Below are positions 20,437-30,835 of a stretch of DNA of 64,000 nucleotides, one piece after another (within the stretch, counting starts at the first letter, position 1; each line of letters starts with the position of its first letter). A model generated the notes under the pieces. That model saw only the letters and a program-made list of their open reading frames with translations. It made no database searches and was not told the origin of the DNA. The position numbers were made by a program, and so were the translations under genes. The DNA is from Vulcanimicrobiota bacterium (lineage in GTDB: Bacteria; Vulcanimicrobiota; Vulcanimicrobiia; Vulcanimicrobiales; Vulcanimicrobiaceae): NCBI GenBank assembly GCA_963714015.1, contig OY970223.1:2368001-2432000 (forward strand), in the 5' to 3' direction.

Positions 20437-21339
20437 TCAGACGTTTGTCACGGGGCGCAGCTGCCGGGGATTGAGGATTCGGCGGTAGCTGGCGTAGCGG
20501 CTCTCGGCAATGCTGCCGCTCTCGACGGCGTTCTTCACCGCGCACCCGGGCTCGTGGAGGTGGGTGCAGTCCTTAAAGCGGCAAAGTTGCGCCGGTCCCC
20601 GCATCTCACGAAAGGCTTCGACGAGCTCCTGCGGCCCGATGGCGCCCAGGCCGAACTCGGCCACGCCGGGGCTGTCTATAAGGAAGCCGTCCGCGAGGCG
20701 GTACAGCCGGGCCGCGCTCGTGGTCTGCCGTCCGAGGCCGCGGCGCGAGGTTTCGCCGACGACGGCCTCGCCGCCGAGCGCTCGAAAGATCGAGCTCTTA
20801 CCGACTCCTGAGATGCCGGACAGCATCGCATGGCGGCCGGTGAGCGCGCCCCTCAAGGCCTCGATGTTCTGCCCGGACTTCGGATTCACGATTAGAACCT
20901 GATAGCCTAATCCGGAATACAGAGACCGCAGCTGCTCCGCGAAGGCCGCTTCAGCCAGATCGGACTTCGTGAAGACCACCTGCGCGTCGAGCGATTCGAG
21001 TTCGGCAAATGCCAACAACTGATCGAGTGTAACCAGGCGTGGGGGCGGCTCGGCGAGGGACGTGACCGTGGCCAGCGTGTCGACGTTCGCCGCCATAATC
21101 TTGGACCGCCCTTCGGCCGAACGGCGTTGCAGTGTAAACGTGCGGTCGTGAACCCGGTCGATCAGCACGCGCCCGTCCTCGAGCATTCGCACGTCCACCG
21201 TATCGCCCGGCACGGGCATTGCGCGCCGGCCGGCGGCGCGCTTCAAGTCGGCGACGCGCGGTGCGGTTTCCGCGTTCAAAACGATCCATGCGGCGTTTTT
21301 ACCGACCGAGACGACGCGCGCCGGGAACGTTTCGCTCAC
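20437..21339 (-). CDS. rsgA: Ribosome small subunit-dependent GTPase A
   Basis: AANVD, TKSDL, GISGVGKSS, GRQTT, DSPG, CRFKDCTHLHEPGCAV. Confidence 0.95.
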   Translation of the reverse strand: MSETFPARVVSVGKNAAWIVLNAETAPRVADLKRAAGRRAMPVPGDTVDVRMLEDGRVLIDRVHDRTFTLQRRSAEGRSKIMAANVDTLATVTSLAEPPPRLVTLDQLLAFAELESLDAQVVFTKSDLAEAAFAEQLRSLYSGLGYQVLIVNPKSGQNIEALRGALTGRHAMLSGISGVGKSSIFRALGGEAVVGETSRRGLGRQTTSAARLYRLADGFLIDSPGVAEFGLGAIGPQELVEAFREMRGPAQLCRFKDCTHLHEPGCAVKNAVESGSIAESRYASYRRILNPRQLRPVTNV

Positions 21340-21360
21340 GCGCCTAACGAGTAATCCACT

Positions 21361-21909
21361 GTGGATTGGGCCCGAACCCTGCGCGTGGACGAGCCGACGT
21401 CGGATTCGCTAAAGGAACAGATCGCCGCGTCGGTGCTTCGCGAGGGCGTGCGGATTGAGTTTGGAGCTCCATCTGCAATCGGCCGCACATACGCCTTGCT
21501 GCAAGGGCCGGCGAGCGTAGATCCCGCGGAACTCGAGGTCTGCGTGCCGTCCGCTCGATGGTACCCTGATGCGATCATTGCTTTGGCAATTGAACCCGCG
21601 CCGCCGGATGCCTTGCCGGTGCTCGCTCAAGCGCTGGGCGGGCTCGGGGCACCGGCGGGTGTCTGCGGCTGCGCCGCAATCGAAAACGAGCTCGTAGTCG
21701 AAGTGTCGCCTTCAGTCACCCCTGCGCGCTTGGTGCTTACCGTTGTCGACGTGGAGCTGCGCCGCTTCTCGGGTTTCCGTCGCACGCGACTGCTTACGCC
21801 GTTAACCGGCGGGGCACTCGCCGGCATCGCGGCCGCCGGATTGCAGGCGCCCGAGATTCAACCGGATCGCATCTTGGAATTGCTGCTGGAACGCGTCGAT
21901 GTTGAATAA
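21361..21909 (+). CDS. Hypothetical protein overlapping the cdaA start
   Basis: 182-aa ORF filling the gap between rsgA and cdaA; no motif recognised. Confidence 0.6.
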   Translation: MDWARTLRVDEPTSDSLKEQIAASVLREGVRIEFGAPSAIGRTYALLQGPASVDPAELEVCVPSARWYPDAIIALAIEPAPPDALPVLAQALGGLGAPAGVCGCAAIENELVVEVSPSVTPARLVLTVVDVELRRFSGFRRTRLLTPLTGGALAGIAAAGLQAPEIQPDRILELLLERVDVE

Positions 21910-22780
21910 CGTCCTGCAATACATCGGTCCGGCGGACGTGGTCGACATTCTGGCCACAAGTGTCTTGGCGTATTACCTGCTGCTGCTCATTCGCGGCACG
22001 CGCGCCGTCCAGATCCTCACCGGCGTACTGGTACTCGTGGCGCTTCTGGGCATAGCCAATCTCTTTCATCTGCTGCTGCTGGGCACGATTCTTTATTTGA
22101 TCGCGATCGGCGCGGCAGTCTCGCTGCCGATCATCTTTCAGCCCGAACTGCGGCGGGCACTCGAACAGATCGGGCGCGGCGGTTTTTTTCACTTCGGTGA
22201 AGGCGAAGAACGCGCAACCCGCACGGACGATAAGGTGATGGCGATAATTGCACAAGCCGCCTTCCTACTCTCGCGCAACAAGTACGGCGCACTGATCGTC
22301 ATCGAGCAGCAGACGGGGCTGAAGGAGTTCGTCGAGAGCGGCACCACGCTCAACGCGCTGCTTTCCGCAGAGCTGCTGCTGGCGATCTTTCTTCCGCGCT
22401 CGCCGCTGCACGACGGCGCAGTGATCGTCAAGGAAGAGATCGTCGAGGGTGCCGGCTGCTTTCTGCCGCTCGCGGAGCAGTCGCTGGCCGAACGACGGCT
22501 CGGAACGCGCCACCGCGCCGCCATAGGCGTAACCGAGCAAACCGATGCGGTGGTCGTGGTCGTTTCGGAAGAGAGCGGCGCGATCTCGCTGGCGCGCGAA
22601 GGCAAGCTCTCCCGTCCGATCGAGGACGAGTCGCGCCTTTTCCGCCTCCTGCTCGCGACGACGCGGCCCCGCCGCGAGCGGCGTGCGATTCGCGGCGACT
22701 TCGTAACGCAGCTGCGCGCACGGTTGACGCCGCCGCAGCGCGCCAAGAGCCACAACGAACCCAAGGCGGAGCACATGTAG
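21899..22780 (+). CDS. cdaA: Diadenylate cyclase CdaA
   Basis: Three TMs, FQPELRRALEQIG, GALIVIE, PLHDGA, GTRHRAA, VSEE. Confidence 0.95.
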   Translation: MLNNVLQYIGPADVVDILATSVLAYYLLLLIRGTRAVQILTGVLVLVALLGIANLFHLLLLGTILYLIAIGAAVSLPIIFQPELRRALEQIGRGGFFHFGEGEERATRTDDKVMAIIAQAAFLLSRNKYGALIVIEQQTGLKEFVESGTTLNALLSAELLLAIFLPRSPLHDGAVIVKEEIVEGAGCFLPLAEQSLAERRLGTRHRAAIGVTEQTDAVVVVVSEESGAISLAREGKLSRPIEDESRLFRLLLATTRPRRERRAIRGDFVTQLRARLTPPQRAKSHNEPKAEHM

Positions 22781-22783
22781 GCC

Positions 22784-23452
22784 GTGGTCACGGCGATTCG
22801 CAGAAACTTCGGGCTCAAACTACTCTCGCTCGCGCTTGCCATCATCGGCTGGGCGTATTTCCGTTTCGGTCCGCCGAACCCGGTGGTCGCCGCGCGCTTC
22901 AATCAGCAGTTCAGCGTTCCAATCGTCGCGGTTAATCTGCCGCCGGACGACATCGCCAAATTTTCGGACAAGGTGGCCGAAGTAACGGTCGCGCCGAAAC
23001 GCGGCGAGCCGCCGATCAAGCCGGAGGAGATCAAAGCCGTGATCGATCTGTCGAATAGGGCGCCCGGCGTATACAACGTTCCCGTTCAGCTCGTCGCTCC
23101 CAGCATTGCCGTGCAGTCACTGAGCCCGGCGTCCACCACGATCACCATTGAAAAGATCGATCAAAAAACGTTCTCCGTGGCGATGCATTACAGCGGGCAG
23201 GCAAACGTGGTGGTAAGCCGCTTCACCGTAACGCCCGCGTCGGTGAGTGCTCGTGGTCCGACGGATGAGCTCTCGCAAGTCGCGACCGTTCGAGTGGATC
23301 TGCCGCTCGTTTCCTCTCAGCCTTCGATCGACGAGATGATCCGTCCGGTTGCCGTCAATTCGCAAGGCGAAGAGATCGGCGACGTACAGGTCGTCCCGAA
23401 TCTGGTCCGCGTTCAAGCGCATTACCTGCCGGCCACCGGCCCGAAGCGATAG
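22784..23452 (+). CDS. cdaR: CdaR/YbbR-family regulator
   Basis: NFGLKLLSLALAI.W anchor plus YbbR-like repeats; between cdaA and glmM. Confidence 0.85.
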   Translation: MVTAIRRNFGLKLLSLALAIIGWAYFRFGPPNPVVAARFNQQFSVPIVAVNLPPDDIAKFSDKVAEVTVAPKRGEPPIKPEEIKAVIDLSNRAPGVYNVPVQLVAPSIAVQSLSPASTTITIEKIDQKTFSVAMHYSGQANVVVSRFTVTPASVSARGPTDELSQVATVRVDLPLVSSQPSIDEMIRPVAVNSQGEEIGDVQVVPNLVRVQAHYLPATGPKR

Positions 23453-23460
23453 GGAAGTAC

Positions 23461-24813
23461 ATGGGAAAATACTTTGGAACCGACGGCGTACGAGGCGTCG
23501 CAAACACCGAGCTCACGGCGGAGCTGGCATTTGCGGTCGGACGTGCCGGCGCCACGGTTCTCGGACACAGCAGCGACCGGCATAAGCCCGTAATCGTGGG
23601 ACGCGATACGCGGCTCTCCGGTACGATGCTCGAGTCGGCCATCGTGGCCGGCATAACGTCGGTCGGAAGGGACACACTTTCCCTCGGAATCGTGCCGACG
23701 CCGGCGGTCGCCGCTATAACGGTGCGTACCGGCGCTGCAGCGGGCGTGATGATCAGCGCCTCGCACAACCCCATTGCCGACAACGGCATCAAATTCTTCG
23801 GACCTGACGGCTTCAAACTTTCCGATGCGGTAGAAGAAGAGATCGAATCGCTGATCGCCGCTGACGATTTGCCTCGTCCGACGGGAACGGGAATCGGCAT
23901 CGCCGCCGTCGCGCAGAATCTCGGAAAGCACTACTACGAGGAGCTCTACGCGCATGCCGCCGCTTTGAGCGGGCTCACCGTCGTCGTGGACGGCGCGTTC
24001 GGCGCCGCGTACGCTTATGCGCCGTACGCACTGCGCAAACTGGGCGCGACGGTGCACGAACTGAACTGCGAGAACGACGGGTCCCGCATCAACGTGCAGT
24101 GCGGCGCGACGGATTTGCGGCCGCTCCAGTCCCGCGTGCGCGAACTGGTCGATTCGGGCGAACGGCACGTCATCGGCGTGGCCTTCGACGGCGATGCGGA
24201 TCGCGCAATGTTCGTCGACGAAACGGGAACGGCGCTCAACGGCGATCACGTGATGCTGATCCTCGCAAGCGCGTTGCACGCTGCCGAGGAGCTCGCTGGG
24301 CAATACGGTTGTCGCCACGGTGATGAGCAATTTGGGTCTCGAGAAGGCTCTGCGCGTTCGAGGCATCGCGCTGCTGCGCGCGCCGGTCGGCGATCGCTAC
24401 GTGCTCGAGCAGATGCGCGCAGGCGGATTCGTTCTAGGCGGCGAGCAGTCCGGACATATCATCAATCTGCTGAACAACACGACGGGCGATGGACCGATGA
24501 CGGCAATATCGCTGCTTTCGACGATCGTGCGCAGCGGCAAGACCCTGCACGAACTTGCGGGCGAGCTACGGTTTATCCGCAGGTGCTCGTGAATATTCAG
24601 ACGCCTTTAAAGAGTGTGTTGGATACTCCCGAGGTGCGCGAAGCGGTGCGCGAGGCCGAGCAAATCTTAACCGGAAATGGACGATTGCTGATACGTCCGT
24701 CGGGAACCGAGCCGCTCATACGTGTTATGGTCGAAGGCGACGATCAGCAGCGGATTGAGGCTCTTGCCAACGACCTTGCTGACCGCATTAGGCAAGCGGC
24801 TATGGTTTCTTGA
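23461..24813 (+). CDS. glmM: Phosphoglucosamine mutase (two compensating frameshifts ~24300 and ~24570)
   Basis: [41 protein letters not shown] in the alternate frame, RPSGTEP. Confidence 0.95.
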   Translation: MGKYFGTDGVRGVANTELTAELAFAVGRAGATVLGHSSDRHKPVIVGRDTRLSGTMLESAIVAGITSVGRDTLSLGIVPTPAVAAITVRTGAAAGVMISASHNPIADNGIKFFGPDGFKLSDAVEEEIESLIAADDLPRPTGTGIGIAAVAQNLGKHYYEELYAHAAALSGLTVVVDGAFGAAYAYAPYALRKLGATVHELNCENDGSRINVQCGATDLRPLQSRVRELVDSGERHVIGVAFDGDADRAMFVDETGTALNGDHVMLILASALHAAEELAGQYGCRHGDEQFGSREGSARSRHRAAARAGRRSLRARADARRRIRSRRRAVRTYHQSAEQHDGRWTDDGNIAAFDDRAQRQDPARTCGRATVYPQVLVNIQTPLKSVLDTPEVREAVREAEQILTGNGRLLIRPSGTEPLIRVMVEGDDQQRIEALANDLADRIRQAAMVS

Positions 24814-24934
24814 CCGGCCGCCGATAATTCTGGAATACGCGGCGCAGCCCCGGGGAGGGAATTGCCCATTGGGGCAAAACATCGCCGCCTAGCGTTTCCG
24901 GCTACCCAGCCGGTCGCTAACCAGCCTGCCATGG

Positions 24935-25062
24935 AATCACTGAGTCCGGGACAACCCGGAGCGGGGGATATGCCGGTAGGGGTGAATGGGCCGGTCCGGC
25001 CCTAGGGCGACTTTCAACGTCCGAACCCGTCAACTAACCCCGCAAGTGTTTTGAAAGAGGAG
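24935..25062 (+). ncRNA. Cyclic di-AMP (ydaO/yuaA) riboswitch
   Basis: CTGAGTCC..GGAGCGGGGGA..GGGGTGAAT..TAGGG..CCGAACCCGTCAACTAACCCCGCAAG..GAAAGAGGAG matches the ydaO consensus; precedes an NlpC/P60 gene. Confidence 0.88.
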
Positions 25063-25068
25063 CAGTCT

Positions 25069-25761
25069 TTGCGTTATCTTTTAACCACTGGGGTTTTGGC
25101 GTTTTGTATCGCAGCGTCCAATGCTTTGGCATTGGCCGATCCGGCCTCAAACGCCGCCCAGCCCGCCGCCGTCACCGTGCCGGCGGCATCCGCGCCCACA
25201 GCAGTGTCTCCAAACGCTGCAGCGGCCACGGATTCAGAGGCCCCCGGCGTTCCGGTTCAGAGTCCGGACGTCGCCGAGTGGACCGCCCAGTTGATTCACG
25301 AGCAGCAGGTTCAGGCCGGCCATAAAGCCGCTGCGGCACAGCCGCATGCTTTAGGCCGATTCGCAAGTCGCATCATCTCGCGCACGAGCCGAATCGCCAA
25401 GAATCTAACCCGCGACGCTCTGCGGTTCCTGGGAACTCCGTATGTGTTCGGAGGCACGACCTCGTCCGGGTTCGATTGCTCGGGATTCGTCCAGCACGTT
25501 TTCGCCATGCTTGGCGTCAGCGTGCCGCGTACAGCTGATGCGCAGTACTACGCAGGTCACCGTGCCAGAGGGGGAGTAAAGGCCGGTGACCTCGTGTTCT
25601 TCCAAACCTATGCTCCGGGCCCGTCCCACGTCGGTATCTACATCGGCAACGGGAAATTCGTTCATGCCAGCTCGCACGGCGTAATGGTGAGCAGCCTCTC
25701 CGACTCGTACTGGTCGGAGCGGTATCTGGGCGCCAAGCGCGTCATCGCGCAAACTCGATAG
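25069..25761 (+). CDS. NlpC/P60 (C40) cell-wall peptidase
   Basis: Signal peptide; LGTPYVFGG, FDCSGF, GDLVFF, HVGIYIGNGKFVHAS; TTG start after RBS GAGGAG. Confidence 0.93.
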   Translation: MRYLLTTGVLAFCIAASNALALADPASNAAQPAAVTVPAASAPTAVSPNAAAATDSEAPGVPVQSPDVAEWTAQLIHEQQVQAGHKAAAAQPHALGRFASRIISRTSRIAKNLTRDALRFLGTPYVFGGTTSSGFDCSGFVQHVFAMLGVSVPRTADAQYYAGHRARGGVKAGDLVFFQTYAPGPSHVGIYIGNGKFVHASSHGVMVSSLSDSYWSERYLGAKRVIAQTR

Positions 25762-26123
25762 TTACGGCAGAAGACACCCGCGCGACGGACGAGCACCGGC
25801 GCGCGTCACTCGCGTATTTCTTATGGCCGGCCGCGCTCTACGAATATTTCGCAGACCGTGAGCCGGCTTCGCATTGGTACCGGCAGCAGATCCGTCAAGC
25901 GCTCCGCTTCGGGCTAGTCTGGATGGCGATCGGCTTTGCCGCGCTCGTCTGGCCACTACTCCTGTCGCTGCTGACCGGCAACCTTACCGCAACGGTCGTC
26001 ATTTACGCGATCGCTTTCGCCGTGGACATCGCCGTCTTTGTCATTTGGCTGCGCCGCGCCCTGAACTACAGCAAGCGCGCGGCCCGCGGCGACACGTTCA
26101 GCGTCGGCCAATACGCCCCCTAA
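25758..26123 (+). CDS. Small membrane protein (DUF4870-like), probable non-canonical ATA start
   Basis: Open frame from ATA 25758: ..RASLAYFLWP..WYRQQIRQAL.. followed by two further TMs. Confidence 0.55.
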   Translation: MVTAEDTRATDEHRRASLAYFLWPAALYEYFADREPASHWYRQQIRQALRFGLVWMAIGFAALVWPLLLSLLTGNLTATVVIYAIAFAVDIAVFVIWLRRALNYSKRAARGDTFSVGQYAP

Positions 26124-26193
26124 ACTGAAGGACGCGCTCGCGCCGCGGCTAATTGTGGGTCCGCCAAGCGGTCTGCCGCGACGTGAAAATCGA

Positions 26194-26268
26194 TGGGGTG
26201 TAGCCAAGCGGTAAGGCAGCGGACTTTGACTCCGCCATGCGTTGGTTCGAATCCAGCCACCCCAGCCA
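26194..26268 (+). tRNA. tRNA-Gln(TTG)
   Basis: Acceptor TGGGGTG/CACCCCA, anticodon arm GCGGA-CTTTGAC-TCCGC, T-loop GGTTCGAATCC, encoded CCA. Confidence 0.97.
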
Positions 26269-26275
26269 AATTGAG

Positions 26276-26305
26276 AAGGCTCGCTCAGCGGGTCTTTTCT
26301 TTTTT
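26276..26305 (+). terminator. Intrinsic terminator after the tRNA
   Basis: GGCTCGC-TCA-GCGGGTC hairpin followed by TTTTCTTTTTT. Confidence 0.7.
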
Positions 26306-26549
26306 GCTCGATGCTTGAGGTTCGATCTTGCTCGCGCACTCGTGTGACGCCGTATGTCTTTGACGTCTGGCTATGTATCCTTCATGTCAGACGTTTTGCG
26401 AACGCCCGAACGAGAATCTGACCTTGCATCTTCGATTCGAAAGCTACGACACGACGACTTTTCTGAAATGCCCGACGCGGACGAAGCACGAACGACCGAT
26501 CCCGGCAGCATACTAGGGGATAGTAAGCTGGCGGACTAACTCATTCGCC

Positions 26550-27509
26550 GTGAGCGTCAATACCCTGCACATCACCAACGGCGAGTCGGTGATTTACACG
26601 TGGAAGAAGGCGGGGCTCCTGGGCACTCACTTGTCGTGGGCAGACAACCTGCACGAGGGTCCTGTGCCGGCCGGATTGGCGCTCGAAGAAATGAGCCGCC
26701 TTCGGGCTTCGTATTTAGCGTCTAGAGGCTACGGCAACGGCATAAAGATCCAGCGCGATTTCGAGAAACGCGACGCCGCCATCCGGCGCGCCGCCGAATT
26801 CGACGAGATCGTGCTCTGGTTCGAACACGACCTCTACGATCAGCTGCACATCTTGCAGATTCTGGAAGTGCTGCGCGAGCTGGGATTCGGCGCCGGCAGC
26901 GTGCAGATCGTTCAGTCCGATCACTATCTCGGCATGCTCGACGCGGACGAACTCATGGCGCTGTATCCCAAACGCCGTTTCATTACGAATGCGAGTGCGG
27001 AAGGCGCGCGGCGCGCGTGGGAAGCTTTCACAAGCGAGTCGCCGCAGCGCTTGTGGAGCGCGGCCGGGGAGAAATACGTCGGTTTACCATACATGAGCGA
27101 CGCATTACATCGTTTGTGCGAAGAGTATCCCGGCGCGCAAACCGGACTCTCGCGGACGCAAAAGCAGCTCCTCGAGGCGTGCGCTCAAGGGGCGCGCCAC
27201 AAAGAAGAAATCTTCCGCCGCGCGCAAGCGCGTGAGGAGGCCTCATTTCTCGGCGACACTTGCGCATACGGCTCGCTCGACGATCTCTGCGCGCAGCCGG
27301 CTCCGCTCCTTTGCTTGCTGGACACGGGTTACGATTTGACGGTGCTCGGCCGCAGGGTGCTCGCCGGGGACGCGAGCTGGCTCGATTACCAGCCGCTGGA
27401 TCGATGGATAGGAGGTGCGCATCTGACCGACCAATCCCGCTGGCGCTGGAATGATCTCGAAGAGACGCTCGTCGAACTGCCCGGCAACGGCCGCGCTATC
27501 GAGCGCTAA
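26550..27509 (+). CDS. DUF1835-domain protein
   Basis: LHITNGES, W.DNLHEGPVP, LWFEHDLYDQL, GLSRT, FLGD, DRWIGG. Confidence 0.8.
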   Translation: MSVNTLHITNGESVIYTWKKAGLLGTHLSWADNLHEGPVPAGLALEEMSRLRASYLASRGYGNGIKIQRDFEKRDAAIRRAAEFDEIVLWFEHDLYDQLHILQILEVLRELGFGAGSVQIVQSDHYLGMLDADELMALYPKRRFITNASAEGARRAWEAFTSESPQRLWSAAGEKYVGLPYMSDALHRLCEEYPGAQTGLSRTQKQLLEACAQGARHKEEIFRRAQAREEASFLGDTCAYGSLDDLCAQPAPLLCLLDTGYDLTVLGRRVLAGDASWLDYQPLDRWIGGAHLTDQSRWRWNDLEETLVELPGNGRAIER

Positions 27510-27521
27510 AAGGGGAAGTCA

Positions 27522-27896
27522 ATGTCGCACGATGCACTCTCGGTAGACATCAAGTCGGAACACGACGGCAATGCCATCATCTACCGCCTGCGCGGAAGTC
27601 TCGATCTGGCTACGTCGCCCTCGCTAAGAGCGGCGTTGATCGAAGCCGCCGACGAAGGCAAGCACGATATCGTCGTCGACCTCTCACAACTGGAATTTCT
27701 CGACTCCACGGGCTTGGGCGCGATCATCGGCGCGCACCGCCGAGCGCTGGAACACGGCGGGTGCGTTCGTCTTATCGTCAACGAAGGGCCGATTCAACGC
27801 CTGTTGACGATAACCGGACTGATGAGCATTTTGTCGGTCTATGCGTCCCTGGACGCAGCGCTGAACGACCGCGACCGCCTGGTTGCTTCAATTTAG
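27522..27896 (+). CDS. STAS-domain anti-sigma factor antagonist
   Basis: LRGSLDLATSP, VDLSQLEFLDSTGLG (phosphorylatable Ser), LTITGL. Confidence 0.92.
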   Translation: MSHDALSVDIKSEHDGNAIIYRLRGSLDLATSPSLRAALIEAADEGKHDIVVDLSQLEFLDSTGLGAIIGAHRRALEHGGCVRLIVNEGPIQRLLTITGLMSILSVYASLDAALNDRDRLVASI

Positions 27897-29159
27897 CGTT
27901 GGCTTGGCGTAAGATTCGTCAAGCAACTCGACGACGTGCCTGACGCGGATCGAGCTTTGCTTCTGCTGCAGCCCGGCGGCGATCTGCATCGCACACCCCG
28001 GGTTTGCGGTGGCAACGATCTCGGCACCGGCATCCAGAACGTTTGAGACTTTCCGGTCGCGCAGACGCTGTGACATGGCTGGCTGCGTCAGGTTGTAGAT
28101 CCCGGCGCTGCCGCAGCAAAGTGCGCTCTCGGACAGTTCCAAGAGGCGCAGTTCGGGAATCTGCCTCAACAGGCGCCGCGGCGCCGCGGCGATGCGCTGA
28201 GCATGCACCAAATGACATGCATCCTGGTACGTCACGGACGCGCGGAGCGGCTGCAGTCCGGCCGCTAATCCGACGTCATCCAGAAACTCGAGCACGTCTC
28301 GAACGCGCTCGGCAAAAGCAGCCGCACGATCCGCCCAAGCGGCATCGTCTTTGAGCAGCTCGCCGTATTCTTTGAGCGCCGAGCCGCAACCCGCTGCATT
28401 GACGATATAGAACTGCGCTCCCGAACGTTCGAATGCGGCGATGTTGCGTTTTGCCATCTCGCGCGCCGCCTTCGGTTCGCCCGCGTGTACCGCGATAGCG
28501 CCGCAGCAGCCCTGAGCTGCAGGCACGACGACAGCGCAGCCGTTACGCTGAAGAACGCGCACCGTCGCCGCGTTAACGCCGGCAAAAGCGACGTGCATAA
28601 TGCAGCCGGCGTGCAGCATCACTTTTGCGCGCTCGTCGATTGCTTTGAACTGCTGTCCTCGCGGAACAAAAAATTCGGCCGAGATCGGCGGCGCGAGCGA
28701 CTCAGCTTGCTCGAGCCCTAAACGTTTCAGAATTCCGGAAGCGCGCGCGAATCGCTGTAGACCCGAACGCTGGTAAAAGCGTAAAGCACGAGCCGCTCCC
28801 CGCATCATCCAAAGGTGCGCGAATGGAGCGATGAGCACAATCCGCCGCGCGAGAGCTTTGATAGGCGAACGCCGCTCGGCGACCGCGGCTTCGACTCGGG
28901 CGCGTGCACCCTCAATGAGCTTACCGTACTCCACCCCGCTCGGACAGGCGGCGGCGCATGCGCGGCAGTCCAGACACTCCCCCATTTGATGGACGAAGCC
29001 GGGCGAAAGCACGTCCATCCGGCCCTCGTCGACGGCTTTGATGAGGCTAATCCGGCCGCGAGGACCGGATGTTTCCGTCATCGTCTCCAGATATGTGGGA
29101 CAGCTAGGCAAGCACAGTCCGCATCGGACGCACTTGTTGTATACTGAGGCGTCGAGCAT
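27888..29159 (-). CDS. GlcF-like Fe-S oxidoreductase subunit
   Basis: CVRCGLCLPSCPT, CLDCRACAAACPSG, two CCG domains, NAAGCG, TYQDACHL, ANPGC. Confidence 0.9.
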   Translation of the reverse strand: MLDASVYNKCVRCGLCLPSCPTYLETMTETSGPRGRISLIKAVDEGRMDVLSPGFVHQMGECLDCRACAAACPSGVEYGKLIEGARARVEAAVAERRSPIKALARRIVLIAPFAHLWMMRGAARALRFYQRSGLQRFARASGILKRLGLEQAESLAPPISAEFFVPRGQQFKAIDERAKVMLHAGCIMHVAFAGVNAATVRVLQRNGCAVVVPAAQGCCGAIAVHAGEPKAAREMAKRNIAAFERSGAQFYIVNAAGCGSALKEYGELLKDDAAWADRAAAFAERVRDVLEFLDDVGLAAGLQPLRASVTYQDACHLVHAQRIAAAPRRLLRQIPELRLLELSESALCCGSAGIYNLTQPAMSQRLRDRKVSNVLDAGAEIVATANPGCAMQIAAGLQQKQSSIRVRHVVELLDESYAKPTLN

Positions 29160-29220
29160 TGAGACTGGAGATTCGGCCCGCGGGTGAATTCGGCATTCCG
29201 TTCGAAGTAAGCGAACAAAC

Positions 29221-29676
29221 ATGAACTTCATGCGAGGCGAGCCGGCGCACCCTCCCGTCCATATCAGCGTAGCTTCGCCGGCTGGAGCTTACACCGTCGG
29301 AAACACGTCGTTTTTCCGCTATATCCTTAGATTGGCGGAAGCAGGCTTGCCTTTGCATGCGGACGATCGGGAAGCGTTGGAAATGCTCGCTGCAATTCCG
29401 CATGCCTTTTTTGACGACGAAGAGACGTCGTGGGGACGCGGCTGGAGAGTCGTGCCCGCCGCCACACTCGACGACTGGCCGGTGTTGGAATCGACGCCGC
29501 AACGCGTGCGCGCAGCGCTCGAGACCGCGCGCCGCGTATTATGGGAAAACGCCGCCCCCGTCGGCGTCAGCGCTCGTGAAATCGTTGCGATCGAAGACGA
29601 GCTCGGCGAGGTGTACAACGTTCTCGAGCGCGCTGAAAAAGCCGGCGTTCCCGTAAACATCAGTTACATCAGCTGA
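29221..29676 (+). CDS. Hypothetical protein
   Basis: 151-aa ORF followed by a terminator; no motif recognised. Confidence 0.6.
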   Translation: MNFMRGEPAHPPVHISVASPAGAYTVGNTSFFRYILRLAEAGLPLHADDREALEMLAAIPHAFFDDEETSWGRGWRVVPAATLDDWPVLESTPQRVRAALETARRVLWENAAPVGVSAREIVAIEDELGEVYNVLERAEKAGVPVNISYIS

Positions 29677-29694
29677 GGGCATCAACGAGTGAAA

Positions 29695-29731
29695 GAAAAA
29701 GGCCGGCTTCTTTCGAAGCCGGCCCCTTTTT
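29695..29731. terminator. Bidirectional intrinsic terminator
   Basis: AAAAA-GGCCGGCTTC-TTTC-GAAGCCGGCC-CCTTTTT between convergent genes. Confidence 0.8.
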
Positions 29732-29748
29732 GCAGTACTCGAAAGTAC

Positions 29749-30835
29749 TTACGGAAGCGTCGCCTGGACGACCGCGGTGCCGATCAGCTCGCCCGGCGTG
29801 GTGGGGACGAGTGAACCGAACATCTGCGAGGGGGGCCAGTAGCCGATCTTTCCTACGCCGCTGCCGTCGAAGGCGTGCGACGCGAAGAGACGGGCATTCG
29901 CCGTTCCCAGCGCAACCGAGACGATGTCGTCGCCGTCGGTCTGAATCGTGATGTGGCGGCTAGCCGGCGGTTTTCCGCCCGGGATGATGTCGACGCGGGA
30001 TCCACCGGTGTTCGGGTCACCCAGCTCGATCGTCGAGAATCATGTTGCCGTAGCCGTCGAACTGGATCGAGCCCGGGAAGTTCAGCTTGATGTTCGCGAC
30101 GTTGAAGCTGCCCTTGCCGCCGGTCCACCAGCCGATGACGGGATTGCCGGAGCTGTCCTCACCGTCCGCCCAAACGTTGCCGCTGGCGTCGGTCGTGACG
30201 AAGTACGCGCGGTACGGTCCGCCGTTCAGAGCGGTGCCCGTGCTGGAGCCGTACTTGTAGTACATTACGTTGCCGCCGCTCGAGCATCCGTTCGAGCAGA
30301 TGTTGGCGACCCACAGCGTGAGCTTCTTGTCGACATGCAGTCCGACCGGATACTCACCGCCGTTGATGCCGGCTTCGGAGATATTGGTCGGATTGTTGAT
30401 CGAGTACGGAGCGTAGATGTTGATCGATTGCGTATTGGTGTCGGATTCGTACAGATTGCCGTTGGTGTCGGTCGCAAGTCCTTGCGGGCCGTTCAAACCG
30501 GCGATTTGACCGATCTGCTGACCGGTGTTGAAGTTGAAGATGTCGATCAAGCCGTTTTCATAGTCGGACGTAAACACCATCGTCGTGATGTTGCGGCGCA
30601 GCATGTAGCTCTGCGACGGCCGGTTCTGAGCGATTTGAAGCGGTTTGATTGCAACGGTGTTATTCAGCGTACCCGCAGTTTTCAGGTAGTTGCCGAATGC
30701 AGGACGTTGCGAGACTGAGGATTGGGATGCACCCTGTGTTGCGGGAACAGTTCCGCTGCCGCCGGAGCATCCTGCTACCAGCGCCAAGGAGGCTGCCACG
30801 CCTGCCAAGGACCCGAGTCGCGCGTTTAAACGCAT
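29749..30835 (-). CDS. Secreted lipoprotein with NHL/beta-propeller-like repeats (frameshifts near the 3' end)
   Basis: MRLNARLGSLA..LVAGC-SGG lipobox; GLNGPQGLATDTNGNLYESD repeats. Confidence 0.75.

Noticed and set aside
26354..26539. Small acidic ORF after the tRNA
   Set aside because: No RBS or recognisable motif; cannot be supported
26194..26550. tRNA-Gln as an integration site
   Set aside because: No integrase adjacent and no duplicated tRNA 3' end seen in the window
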